This document shows positions 34,987 to 44,881 of a DNA stretch of 64,000 nt, one piece after another (position 1 is the stretch's first letter; every line of letters starts with the position of its first letter). Under the pieces are notes generated by a model that worked only from the letters and a program-made list of their open reading frames with translations, ran no database searches and had not been told where the DNA came from. The stretch is from Fidelibacterota bacterium (GTDB lineage: Bacteria; Fidelibacterota; SORT01): positions 62,119-126,118 of the forward strand of contig JACZTG010000006.1 of NCBI GenBank assembly GCA_022573815.1, in the 5' to 3' direction. Made by a program: the position numbers and the translations under genes.

Positions 34987-35997
34987 TCATAATTCCATCC
35001 CATAATGGTTTTTATAATACTCGAGGTATTCCCCCGATTTCAACGGCTCCCACCAGCTTCTGTTATTCATATACCACTCAACAGTGTTTTTCATAGCATC
35101 TGCGAAGTCAGTTTCTGCTCTCCACCCGAGATTCAGTAATTTTGCGCAGTCAAGGGCATACCGCCGGTCATGTCCCGGCCTGTCGTCCACATATTTAACG
35201 AGCTTGCTGCTCTTGTCAGTCAATTCGAGTATCGTATCCGTAATAGTGATATTCGTCAGTTCGTTTCCGCCGCCTACATTATAAACCTCACCGTCTACAC
35301 CGTTGGAAATTATGAAATCAACAGCTGCACAATGATCCTCCACGTAAAGCCAATCACGAACGTTCAGTCCGTCTCCGTACAATGGCAAAGGTTTGTCATC
35401 CATCGCATTTGTAATAAATAAGGGTATAAGTTTTTCCGGATATTGGTGGGAGCCGTAGTTATTCGACGCCCGGGTTATAACAACAGGAAGATCGTAAGTT
35501 TTGAAGTAAGAATACGCTAACCGGTCCGCCGCTGATTTGCTCGCTGAATACGGACTGCTCGGCATAAGGGGATCGGTTTCCCGAAACGGATCGCCCAGTG
35601 TACTGCCGTAAACCTCGTCCGTACTTATTTGAACGAACTTCTCAATTTCATGTCTTCTTGAAGCTTCTAAAAGTATAAATGTTCCGATTACGTCTGTTTG
35701 AATAAAATCTGCCGGTTGTCCGATTGACCTGTCCACATGGCTCTCAGCAGCAAAATTCACGACAATATCCGGATTATGAAGTTGGAACAGCTCATTAATC
35801 CGATCTTCTTCGCAAATATCATCCTGACAAAAGATATGTCGTTCATCGTTCGACCGGTTTTTTATATTCTCAGGATTTCCCGCATATGTTAATTTATCGA
35901 TGTTAACAATTTTAACATCGTCGTATTTATCTAATATAAAATTGACGAATCTGCTGCCGATAAATCCGGCGCCCCCTGTTACAAAATATGTCTTCAC
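34987..35997 (-). CDS. rfbB: dTDP-glucose 4,6-dehydratase
   Basis: 336 aa with VTGGAGFIGS, the YSASK catalytic motif, and a typical RmlB end (GW.P...F..GL..TV.WY). Confidence 0.9.
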   Translation of the reverse strand: MKTYFVTGGAGFIGSRFVNFILDKYDDVKIVNIDKLTYAGNPENIKNRSNDERHIFCQDDICEEDRINELFQLHNPDIVVNFAAESHVDRSIGQPADFIQTDVIGTFILLEASRRHEIEKFVQISTDEVYGSTLGDPFRETDPLMPSSPYSASKSAADRLAYSYFKTYDLPVVITRASNNYGSHQYPEKLIPLFITNAMDDKPLPLYGDGLNVRDWLYVEDHCAAVDFIISNGVDGEVYNVGGGNELTNITITDTILELTDKSSKLVKYVDDRPGHDRRYALDCAKLLNLGWRAETDFADAMKNTVEWYMNNRSWWEPLKSGEYLEYYKNHYGMEL

Positions 35998-36015
35998 CTA
36001 TTTTCTCATTCTCTG

Positions 36016-37335
36016 TTATGCTATATCATCTAAGGTTCTGCCTACAGAAATATAATTAAACCCGGAATCCTTCATACTCCGTGGATCATAGATATTCCTG
36101 CAATCAACCACATTCGGTTCCGCCATTTTCTCTTTTAATTGCTCTAAATCAATCTGCCGCAGTTCATTCCATTCGGTCATCAGCATAATTGCATCCGCTC
36201 CTTCGCAAGCGTCCATCATATCCTCAAAGTAGGCAATTTCAGGAATAATTTTCTTTGAATTTTCTAATGCAATCGGATCATACGCGTGAACGGTGCAACC
36301 CTCTTTCAAAAGAATCTTGATAACTTCGAGGGACGGTGATTCTCTTACATCATCAGTATTGGGTTTAAACGCCAATCCGAGAACCGCTACCTTTTTTCCG
36401 CCTAACTCAGGTAAAAGACTTTTAAGTTTATCTACCATAATCTGCCTTTGCTTGACATTCACGTCCATTGCCGCTTCGACTATAAGAGAATTCACACCAT
36501 GATTTTTGGCAAGGTGAACGAGTCCCATTGTATCCTTTGGAAAACACGATCCTCCGAATCCGGGACCGGGATGAAGGAATTTCGGACTAATCCGGCCGTC
36601 AAGTCCCATCGCCCTGGCTACCACATGTACGTCAGCGCCAGTTTTATCGCAGAGATTGGCGACTTCGTTTATGAAGGAAATCTTTACTGAGAGAAACGCG
36701 TTTGAGGCGTATTTTATCAGCTCGGCCGTTTCTATTGAAGTCTTTATTATTGGAGTTTCAATAAGATATAACGGTCTATATATTTCCGACATAATATCAA
36801 AGGCCTTTTCTGAATCACTCCCCAAAACTATTCGATTTGGTCGCATAAAATCATTTATCGCCGAACCTTCCCGCAGGAATTCGGGATTTGAAACAATTTC
36901 GAAATCCTGTTCCGAGCTCGAATTTTCCTTTATAATTTTCGCAATTTTACGACCTGTGCCAACCGATACGGTGCTCTTAATTACTATAATTTTAAATCCG
37001 TTCAGCTTTTCTCCGATAGTTTTTGCAGCGCTCTCTACATATTGCAGGTCAACTTCCCCCTCTGGAGTGGAAGGCGTTCCAACCGCAATGAAGATAATCT
37101 CCGATTCGCTTATAGATTTAGCCACTTCAGTGGAAAAACTCAGCCGCCCTTTCGATACGTTATTTTGAACGAGTTCTTTTAATCCCGGTTCAAAAATAGG
37201 TATCTCGCCATTATTGAGCATCGCAATCTTTGATTCGTCAATATCTACGCAGATTATCTGATTTCCCAGGTCTGCCAAACAGGTTCCGGTTACCAACCCG
37301 ACGTAACCTGTACCTAAAATGGTAATTCTTCTCAA
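36016..37335 (-). CDS. ugd: UDP-glucose 6-dehydrogenase
   Basis: 439 aa with ILGTGYVGLVTG and the catalytic Cys context GFGGSCFPKD. Confidence 0.9.
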   Translation of the reverse strand: MRRITILGTGYVGLVTGTCLADLGNQIICVDIDESKIAMLNNGEIPIFEPGLKELVQNNVSKGRLSFSTEVAKSISESEIIFIAVGTPSTPEGEVDLQYVESAAKTIGEKLNGFKIIVIKSTVSVGTGRKIAKIIKENSSSEQDFEIVSNPEFLREGSAINDFMRPNRIVLGSDSEKAFDIMSEIYRPLYLIETPIIKTSIETAELIKYASNAFLSVKISFINEVANLCDKTGADVHVVARAMGLDGRISPKFLHPGPGFGGSCFPKDTMGLVHLAKNHGVNSLIVEAAMDVNVKQRQIMVDKLKSLLPELGGKKVAVLGLAFKPNTDDVRESPSLEVIKILLKEGCTVHAYDPIALENSKKIIPEIAYFEDMMDACEGADAIMLMTEWNELRQIDLEQLKEKMAEPNVVDCRNIYDPRSMKDSGFNYISVGRTLDDIA

Positions 37336-37447
37336 TTTTACTCCATTATTTTAGCCAAGATGCTAATTTACAAGCGCTTATGTTAGGTGTCAAGAATTCG
37401 ATACATTATATATTATTCAGTGAAACGGATATTAGACGCTGCATATT

Positions 37448-39619
37448 CTATAATAACCCTCCGCGCTTTCTCATATACCATTCCACGGCAAGGAGAGAAA
37501 GCAGAATAAACATCAATATTTGATTACTCCACGCTTCGAAAGTTCTGTCCGATTTTTCTATTATCACATCGCTTGCGATGTTCAATGAATCCGGATTAAA
37601 AGACTCAAACGGGTAATATATCCCTCCGCTTTTTTCCGCTATAGACTTGAGCAGCTTTTCGTTTCTGAATAAATTATCGAACTCGGGTGAATAAGTTTCT
37701 ACTCCAAATTTTCCTTCGAACTCGCCTATCAGTATATCACCTCTTTTCGCAACCGCTTTATAGTAGAATTCTCCCGGCTGTTTCGATCGGTATTCGCCTA
37801 TATAGCTGCCATTCGCGCGATTTTGCAAGTCAAATTCAAATACTTTGGACATATCTGATTCAAAATTGATCTCCACTGACAGGTTAGCGTCATCTATAAG
37901 ATTGTATGAATCATCATACACCTGAGCTGTGAACCGTATCTTCTCACCCTGACTATATATTTTCTTTTCGGTTACCACATTGATTCTTTTAGGAAGCTCG
38001 CTGGATGATAGCCATTTTACGCCGTTAATCAGAGTGTTCTTCCAGGTTGACGAGGGTTCGCCGACAGCTCTGAGCAACCGATCAAAATTACGGGAATCTA
38101 CTGTCATTATCATCGCGCTCTTTTTCGGACCTTCCCCCGAGACTATCAGCGCCGGAAAATTGGTATCACTATTTATCTTCCTTGTCTCGATTGACATCAA
38201 CACTTTGCTTGTTTCCTTCAATTTCCAACTCAAGAGAGGAAAGTAAGCAGGAGGCATATTATGCCATGCTTCTAATGTTTCACTCAGAAAATCAGATTGC
38301 TTGGTAAATGGATGGAATTTTCCGTCATCTTCCAATTTCAGATTTCCTTCATTATATCGAACAGCGCCGGGTACGCTCATTGATCGGACAGGGAGAAACG
38401 ATTCGAATGAACCGAGTTTGTCAAAATCTGTGCTGCCGCTGTTTATAAACAACAGCGAAACCGGCTTTCCCGTTAATTCTTGCAGAAGCATTCCGATATC
38501 ATTCTCCGAACTCTGATCCGAAGGAAAACCGACAAAGATAAAGAGGTCGAAATCCGATTCTAACAGAAGAGTACCTCTTTCATACCACTTGTTATTACCC
38601 GATTGAACCATTGAGGTGACATCGAATTCCTCTCGGCTGTTGAGCAAATCTTTCACAAAAACATATTCGGCGGACGGCGCTCCGCCAAGAAGAAGCAAAT
38701 TCTTCTTTTTTGAGATAACATTAATTATTTTTCTTCGCCTATTATTTGAATAGGTAGATTCACCTTCAAGATTTGATAATTCAATCTGAAGATTCTTTTC
38801 TCCTTCGCTGTCGAATGACAAATAAAAATCCACATCCTTCAGAAAGCCGTCTTCAGGAAGAGATATATTTTTTATTTTCTCTGATATCCCCTCCCCGTAC
38901 ACTCTTATTTCTGCGTTTTTACCGCTAAACCCGTCAGATAACAGCGACAGCGTGATTTTCATCGAATCACCTAAAAACATCACAGATTTAGCGTTCACGG
39001 ACGAGATTCGTATATCCCGACTTTTCTCTTTCTTGCCGATACCCACCACATGAATAGGAACAGCGGAAAAATTAGATTTCAAATCCGGCGGCTCACCCTG
39101 ATTCCACTGCCCGTCACTAAGCAATATAACGGCGGACACCGTTTCAGATCTGTTCTCCTTTAACAATTTTTTCAGTGATTTTGATATATCGGTTAAATCC
39201 CCTTCTGCACGGTCATCTGCGCTTAAATCTCTTAATTCTGAATCAAATATATATTTTTTAACTTCTACTTCAGTTCCGATTGCAGAAGTTATTCGATGAA
39301 CCATTTCAACTGTTTCGATGAACGGATTATTTTCATATTGAGCCATACTTTTACTTCCGTCAAGAAGAATTCCTACTACCTTCTTTTTTTCCGACAGAGT
39401 GGACCAGTTGATAACTACCATCGAAAGCTGGATACTCAGGAAAATAAAAACTAATGAGCGTAAGGTTCGGAGAATTATCCGAAATGATTTGGATTTCGGA
39501 GGGTAAATGTTTTTATAAAAATAATAGACTACGAATGCGGACAGCGTTGTTAATAAAAGGGTAAGAGGCACGCCATTAACAGTTGTTAAGGAAAAGCCTT
39601 TAAAAAAATCCATCATCAA
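37448..39619 (-). CDS. membrane-anchored VWA domain protein (BatA-like architecture)
   Basis: 723 aa. N-terminal double TM, VWA with MIDAS-like DGSKS, a large extracytoplasmic region, and a C-terminal TM ending in EWYMRKRGGLL. Confidence 0.55.
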   Translation of the reverse strand: MMMDFFKGFSLTTVNGVPLTLLLTTLSAFVVYYFYKNIYPPKSKSFRIILRTLRSLVFIFLSIQLSMVVINWSTLSEKKKVVGILLDGSKSMAQYENNPFIETVEMVHRITSAIGTEVEVKKYIFDSELRDLSADDRAEGDLTDISKSLKKLLKENRSETVSAVILLSDGQWNQGEPPDLKSNFSAVPIHVVGIGKKEKSRDIRISSVNAKSVMFLGDSMKITLSLLSDGFSGKNAEIRVYGEGISEKIKNISLPEDGFLKDVDFYLSFDSEGEKNLQIELSNLEGESTYSNNRRRKIINVISKKKNLLLLGGAPSAEYVFVKDLLNSREEFDVTSMVQSGNNKWYERGTLLLESDFDLFIFVGFPSDQSSENDIGMLLQELTGKPVSLLFINSGSTDFDKLGSFESFLPVRSMSVPGAVRYNEGNLKLEDDGKFHPFTKQSDFLSETLEAWHNMPPAYFPLLSWKLKETSKVLMSIETRKINSDTNFPALIVSGEGPKKSAMIMTVDSRNFDRLLRAVGEPSSTWKNTLINGVKWLSSSELPKRINVVTEKKIYSQGEKIRFTAQVYDDSYNLIDDANLSVEINFESDMSKVFEFDLQNRANGSYIGEYRSKQPGEFYYKAVAKRGDILIGEFEGKFGVETYSPEFDNLFRNEKLLKSIAEKSGGIYYPFESFNPDSLNIASDVIIEKSDRTFEAWSNQILMFILLSLLAVEWYMRKRGGLL

Positions 39620-39621
39620 AT

Positions 39622-40632
39622 CTACTGTGGAATTACCTCACCAATTGCAAGATTTGGATAGACATTCATACTTAAAGGAGAGAATATTCCCCGCTCCAGA
39701 TAATAAGAGCCTACCGCTGCGATCATCGCGCCGTTATCGGTGGTGAGTGACAGAGGAGGGAAAACAACCTCGATTCCCTCTGCCTCTCCTTTCGACGATA
39801 ACTCGGCTCTCAGTGCCGAATTTGCCGATACACCTCCGCCAACCGCAATCCGGTTGAGATTCAAATGATTTGCCGCGTTAATAGATTTAGCAGTGAGCAC
39901 ATCCACAACCGCTTTCTGAAACGATGCGGAAATATCTTCAAGATGTTTTTTTATCGCAGACTCTTTTTGCTTTTTCAGATAATAAAGTACCGATGTCTTT
40001 AACCCGCTAAAGCTAAAGTCATATCCCTTTCCAAGAAGCGCCCGGGGAAATTTGATGTAATCCGGATCTCCATTTTGAGCGGATTCATCAATCTTAGGGC
40101 CTCCCGGATATTCCATTCCAAGCATTTTCGCTACTTTATCAAATGCTTCTCCCGCTGCATCATCCAAAGTGGCGCCGATTATCTTATATTCTCCCCAGTT
40201 GATAACGTGAATGAGCTGAGTGTGTCCTCCTGATATTAATAGAAACAAAAAAGGTGGGTTGAAATCAGGATTGGACAATCTGTGGGCAAATAAATGTCCT
40301 TCTAAATGATTTACGGCAATATATTTTTTATCCGAAGCGAGGGAAAGTCCCTTGGCAAAGTTCAGTCCGGTAAGCAAGGAACCTGCCAGACCCGGTCCGC
40401 AGGTTACCGCAATTCCGTCAATATCTTTAAGCGAAGTGTCAGCATCAGCGAGCGCTGCTTCTACTATAGGAACGATTGCTCCTATTTGCTCTCTCGACGC
40501 AAATTCCGGAACTATTCCACCGTACTTCTTATGAACTATTTGGGATGAGACAATATTCGATAATATTTTATACTCCTCAATTACCGACGCAGCTGTCTCA
40601 TCACATGAGGTCTCAATTCCCAGAATTCTCAC
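39622..40632 (-). CDS. tsaD: tRNA N6-adenosine threonylcarbamoyltransferase
   Basis: 336 aa with ILGIETSCDETAASV, HLEGHL and GGVSAN. Confidence 0.95.
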   Translation of the reverse strand: MRILGIETSCDETAASVIEEYKILSNIVSSQIVHKKYGGIVPEFASREQIGAIVPIVEAALADADTSLKDIDGIAVTCGPGLAGSLLTGLNFAKGLSLASDKKYIAVNHLEGHLFAHRLSNPDFNPPFLFLLISGGHTQLIHVINWGEYKIIGATLDDAAGEAFDKVAKMLGMEYPGGPKIDESAQNGDPDYIKFPRALLGKGYDFSFSGLKTSVLYYLKKQKESAIKKHLEDISASFQKAVVDVLTAKSINAANHLNLNRIAVGGGVSANSALRAELSSKGEAEGIEVVFPPLSLTTDNGAMIAAVGSYYLERGIFSPLSMNVYPNLAIGEVIPQ

Positions 40633-41617
40633 TTTTTACCCGTTCCCTTATCACAATCACTTCTACCGTGGAAGGATTTAGATTATTCCATTTTATTACA
40701 TCTTTCGGTACTTCGATATTTAGTTTATAAAGACGCTGGTTTTCTTTCCAGTCTCTCGCGTAATCTATGGAAGCGTTTATGTCTTCACTATCCAAATTGG
40801 TCAAAAATGTTATACCACCCTGAAGTTCCACTGATACCTTAGAGGGATTTACGATAGCTTTGAGATTTTCCGGCACGTTTTTGACTATAACCTCAATTCC
40901 TTCTATAGTCCGCACTCCAATACTTTGTATACTCGCTGTCAGCCGAACGTTTGAGGGATCTAATTGAACCAATTCGGACTTTTCGATATAGAGGTCGATA
41001 GTTTCGTTAACGCTGTTTCTCCTCGCCTCAAAACTTTTTTCTTCCGTGAATATCTGACTGATATTATTTAATATGGATGCCGGACCGGAAATTTTTACGA
41101 CAGAAGGTTCAATCTTAAATCCACCAACCTGGATATAGCCGGGATCCATAGAGACCTTTACATTCGGAGATACTGTCACTTTTTTTTCAATAAACGAGTC
41201 CAGGCGTACTCTTATCGTATCGGGTGAGACTATCTCAACAAGCTCTAATCCGAAATCGCGGGGCACTGAAAGCCGATCCGGAAATCTCTTTAAATAAGGC
41301 TCAAGCTCGAAGTCATAAAAGAAGCGTATCCGACTCATCTCAAGCATTATCCCCACATCAGCAAAAGTCGTGCGGAGCATATTATTCAAGAATTGCCGTC
41401 CGGTGCCACGCATTCTTACTTTGGCAAAATCGGGAATTTGCTCCGCCAACACCCTGTCGGGTTGGACATTTCGGAGCTTTATCGGAACCTCTATAACATG
41501 AACATACTCGCTCCCGGTAACTACAAATATCCAGAGAGTAAGCGCTATGGCAAGAGAACTAATCTTGATTGAGAGATTATTCGAAATGGTCCCAATAAAT
41601 TTACGGAAAAAATTCAT
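40613..41617 (-). CDS. YbbR-like domain protein
   Basis: 334 aa. The N-terminal anchor NLSIKISSLAIALTLWIFV is typical of YbbR/CdaR proteins and is followed by repeated beta-rich modules. Overlaps tsaD by 20 nt. Confidence 0.55.
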   Translation of the reverse strand: MNFFRKFIGTISNNLSIKISSLAIALTLWIFVVTGSEYVHVIEVPIKLRNVQPDRVLAEQIPDFAKVRMRGTGRQFLNNMLRTTFADVGIMLEMSRIRFFYDFELEPYLKRFPDRLSVPRDFGLELVEIVSPDTIRVRLDSFIEKKVTVSPNVKVSMDPGYIQVGGFKIEPSVVKISGPASILNNISQIFTEEKSFEARRNSVNETIDLYIEKSELVQLDPSNVRLTASIQSIGVRTIEGIEVIVKNVPENLKAIVNPSKVSVELQGGITFLTNLDSEDINASIDYARDWKENQRLYKLNIEVPKDVIKWNNLNPSTVEVIVIRERVKSENSGN

Positions 41618-41760
41618 ATTATATTAGAAGTGCAGGTTATGTATAACTTTAATTTATGCTGATAATTAGTTTCAGACCAAATATTTGATCTTAATACGTC
41701 GCTGATCCCGTCAACCGGGTATCGACTATTTTCTGAGGTTAAGGCTATCAAAACTTTCCC

Positions 41761-41808
41761 TGCAGCCGTTATTAATATCCCTTGATTCTTCAAGGGATTC
41801 AGGCTGCA
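41761..41808 (-). terminator. extended hairpin downstream of rpsA
   Basis: Inner 9-bp stem ATCCCTTGA/TCAAGGGAT (41777-41798, 4-nt loop), extended by an outer 7-bp stem TGCAGCC/GGCTGCA. It lies about 50 nt after the rpsA stop. An A/T-rich tract follows but there is no clean U-run. Confidence 0.4.
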
Positions 41809-41855
41809 TTACCCTATTTATCCCACAAATTCATAGGAGTTACAGTGCGACTCGG

Positions 41856-44135
41856 TTATTCAGATTCCTTATCATCTTCATCGCTGTCACTCTCTTTTTC
41901 CTCTTCTTCCGCCGTTTCTTCTGAATCTTCGCTTTTTTCTTCTGAATCAGAATCTTCCTTAGCTTCTTCTTCAGCGACATTCTCAGAATTATCTTCAGAT
42001 TTCTCTTCTGAATCGGAATCTTCTTCGGCGCTCTCTTCGGAATCTTCGACTATTTCCGGATCATCCGAACCGGATTCATCTGCATCTTTCGCAACGGCCG
42101 CTTCTTCACCAACTTCTGCGGCGACAGCCGCTTCGGCGTTCTCGGCTCTTTTTTGTTGAGCTTTCTCAAGACGATCAGCGGGTTCTTCTTCACCGGAGTC
42201 ACTTAAATAATCCACATAGGAAAGAATTATCTTTTTTTCCTCTTTGCTGAACTCAATTACCTTCAGCTTCAGCTCATCCCCTTCTTCAACGATTTCCGCG
42301 GCACGCCTGACTTTATGATTGGTAAGCTTTGAAAGAGGAACAAAGCCTTCGGCACCTTCAGGCAGATCAACCGTTACTCCTTTGTCCAGCACTTTTGTTA
42401 TCGTGCCATCCGTATGCTGATCAAGTCCGAATTTTTCTTCTAATAACGGCCACGGGTCTTCAGAAACCTGCTTCACACCGAGCGATATTCTTCTGTTCTC
42501 TCTGCTGATATCAAGCACCATTACTTCAATTTCATCAGCCTTTTTAACTATTTCTTTCGGGTGCCGCACTTTCTTGGTCCAGGAAAGATCAGAGATATGC
42601 ACTAATCCTTCAACACCCTCTTCCATCTCCACAAAGGCTCCGAATTGCGTTAAATTTCTCACAACTCCGGAATGGATTGTACTAACCTGATATTTTTCTT
42701 CTATGTTTTCCCATGGATCAGGAGTAAGCTGTTTAAGCCCAAGAGATATTTTCTTTTCCTCGGGTAATATTTTCAGTACCTTTGCCTCCACCTCACCGCC
42801 AAGAGAAAGTATATTCGACGGATGTCTAATATGCTGAGTCCATGACATCTCCGAGATATGTATCAATCCTTCAACGCCCTTTTCCAGCTCTACAAAAGCG
42901 CCGTAGTTCGTTATGCTCACCACCTTGCCCTTGATGACAGAATCAACAGGGAAACGATCTTCAATACCTTCCCAGGGATGCGGCTGAAGTTGTTTGTATC
43001 CCAGAGATATTCTGTCAGTCTCTTGATTATAATTCAAGATAGTTACTTCAATCTCTTCATCAATGGACACTACTTCTGATGGATGATTTACCCTACCCCA
43101 CGAGAGATCCGTAATATGCAAGAGACCGTCAACACCGCCAAGATCAACAAACACGCCGAAATCAGTAATATTTTTCACTCTTCCTTTCATTACTTGACCC
43201 TGCTCGATTCCTGAGAGAACTTCCTGCCTCTTCTCTTTCATATCTTCTTCAATGAGCTCACGGCGGGAAACTACGATATTTTTGCGCGCTTCGTTCAGTT
43301 TCACAATTTTAAATTCAAACTTGTTTCCGACGAATTGATCAAAATCCTGTATCGGTTTTATATCAATTTGGGAACCGGGAAGAAAAGCGTCCAATCCTAA
43401 CAGATCAACTATCATTCCTCCTTTGACCCTTCTTAATATTCTTCCTTCAAAAATTTCGTCGTTATTGAATCCTTCTACTATCCGCTCCCATATTCTCATG
43501 AAATCGGCTTTTTTCTTCGATAACACAAGCTGACCGTTTTCATCTTCCAACCGTTCGAGATAGACCTCAATAGTATCTCCCACTTCCGGGAGTTCATCAC
43601 GTTTAAAATCTTCTATCGGCACAATTCCTTCGGATTTAAACCCGATATCGACAATTGCCTCATTGTCATTGACAGCCAAAACTCTGCCTTCAGTTACATC
43701 GCCTTCGGAAATATCATTAAGCGAGTCGTTGTAATATTTCTCCAAATCGCTGTTGTCCGGAGCATTTTCAGCAACCATCTTTTCCAGCTCTTCTACGGTA
43801 ACCGTTCTTATTTCATCATTGGTAATCGGAGGATCCGTTGGCGCTACATATTCCTCTTTGGGGAGGTCTTCCGTCTCTTCCTCGTCAGCGCTTTCTCCGT
43901 CAGATGGAGCGGTTTCTGCGGCTGTCTCCGGTTCTGCCGCTTCTACTTTTACTTTTTCTTTTAATTTTCTGACTTTTTTTACTTCTTTAACTTCTTTTTC
44001 TTCCGCCACTTCTACATCCGGTGATTCTGCTTCTTTAGTGGTTTCTTCTGCCTGCGTCGCTACTTCTTCTTTTACTTCCACTTCTGCGACATCAGGGTTA
44101 GTGGGTTCAATAATGCTTTTCTCTTCATCCGGCAT
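41856..44135 (-). CDS. rpsA: 30S ribosomal protein S1 with acidic N- and C-terminal extensions
   Basis: 759 aa. Six S1 (OB) repeats (for example GRVKNITDFGVFVDLGGVDGLLHITDLSW) are flanked by Glu/Asp/Ser-rich tails of about 120 aa and 110 aa. Confidence 0.9.
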   Translation of the reverse strand: MPDEEKSIIEPTNPDVAEVEVKEEVATQAEETTKEAESPDVEVAEEKEVKEVKKVRKLKEKVKVEAAEPETAAETAPSDGESADEEETEDLPKEEYVAPTDPPITNDEIRTVTVEELEKMVAENAPDNSDLEKYYNDSLNDISEGDVTEGRVLAVNDNEAIVDIGFKSEGIVPIEDFKRDELPEVGDTIEVYLERLEDENGQLVLSKKKADFMRIWERIVEGFNNDEIFEGRILRRVKGGMIVDLLGLDAFLPGSQIDIKPIQDFDQFVGNKFEFKIVKLNEARKNIVVSRRELIEEDMKEKRQEVLSGIEQGQVMKGRVKNITDFGVFVDLGGVDGLLHITDLSWGRVNHPSEVVSIDEEIEVTILNYNQETDRISLGYKQLQPHPWEGIEDRFPVDSVIKGKVVSITNYGAFVELEKGVEGLIHISEMSWTQHIRHPSNILSLGGEVEAKVLKILPEEKKISLGLKQLTPDPWENIEEKYQVSTIHSGVVRNLTQFGAFVEMEEGVEGLVHISDLSWTKKVRHPKEIVKKADEIEVMVLDISRENRRISLGVKQVSEDPWPLLEEKFGLDQHTDGTITKVLDKGVTVDLPEGAEGFVPLSKLTNHKVRRAAEIVEEGDELKLKVIEFSKEEKKIILSYVDYLSDSGEEEPADRLEKAQQKRAENAEAAVAAEVGEEAAVAKDADESGSDDPEIVEDSEESAEEDSDSEEKSEDNSENVAEEEAKEDSDSEEKSEDSEETAEEEEKESDSDEDDKESE

Positions 44136-44835
44136 AAACTTGCGACTCCTTCTGAATTTCCATCTGGATTACTCGGGTTAAGTGTTTAACTTGCTCATCA
44201 ATTGTCATCTCAGTAGTGTCCAATTCAACAGCGTCTTCCGCTTTTTTCAGAGGAGAAATCGCTCTTGTGGAATCTCTGAGGTCTCTTTTCTTTATTTCAT
44301 TTTCTACTTCTTCAATAGAACTGTTATTTTGGTTCGGCTCCATCTCCTTATATCTTCTTTTGGCTCTTACTTCCGCAGATGCGGTGAGAAAGAACTTGAA
44401 TTTAGCATTTGGAAATACAACTGTGCCGATATCTCTTCCTTCTACAACAAAATTTTCGTTTTTTACCATTTCACGCTGCAATTTCACCATCAGATTCCGC
44501 ACACTGGGAAATCTACTGATGATTGAGGTCAACTCCGATACTTCATCTGTCCGTAACTGTTCAGAGACTTCTTCACCATAGATGAAAATCTTCATTTTAG
44601 CTGAAGAACATTCTACTGACAATTTACTCGTTTCAACCGCAGAAAAGACAGTGTCCTCATCTTCGGCGTTCACCTTAGAATTCTTCGCTGCAAGAGCTGC
44701 CGCTCTGTACATTGCGCCGGTATCAAGATACTTAAAACCCAATGATTCTGCTACTAACTTAGCGGTAGTGCTTTTCCCTGAAGCAGCAACCCCATCAATA
44801 GTTACAACGATATTTTTTTCATCAAAATTCTTCAT
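44125..44835 (-). CDS. cmk: cytidylate kinase
   Basis: 236 aa with VTIDGVAASGKSTTAKLVA and YLDTGAMYRA. Shows the classic cmk-rpsA linkage. Confidence 0.9.
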   Translation of the reverse strand: MKNFDEKNIVVTIDGVAASGKSTTAKLVAESLGFKYLDTGAMYRAAALAAKNSKVNAEDEDTVFSAVETSKLSVECSSAKMKIFIYGEEVSEQLRTDEVSELTSIISRFPSVRNLMVKLQREMVKNENFVVEGRDIGTVVFPNAKFKFFLTASAEVRAKRRYKEMEPNQNNSSIEEVENEIKKRDLRDSTRAISPLKKAEDAVELDTTEMTIDEQVKHLTRVIQMEIQKESQVYAG

Positions 44836-44881
44836 GATAGCTTTTTAAGGTATAAATAGGATAATGCGAATGCAAGTGATT

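Noticed and set aside
41782-42159. 125-aa Ser-rich plus-strand ORF, and a similar one at 43753-44181
   Set aside because: They are the antisense reading of the Glu/Asp/Ser-rich tails of rpsA. They are low-complexity mirror ORFs, not genes.
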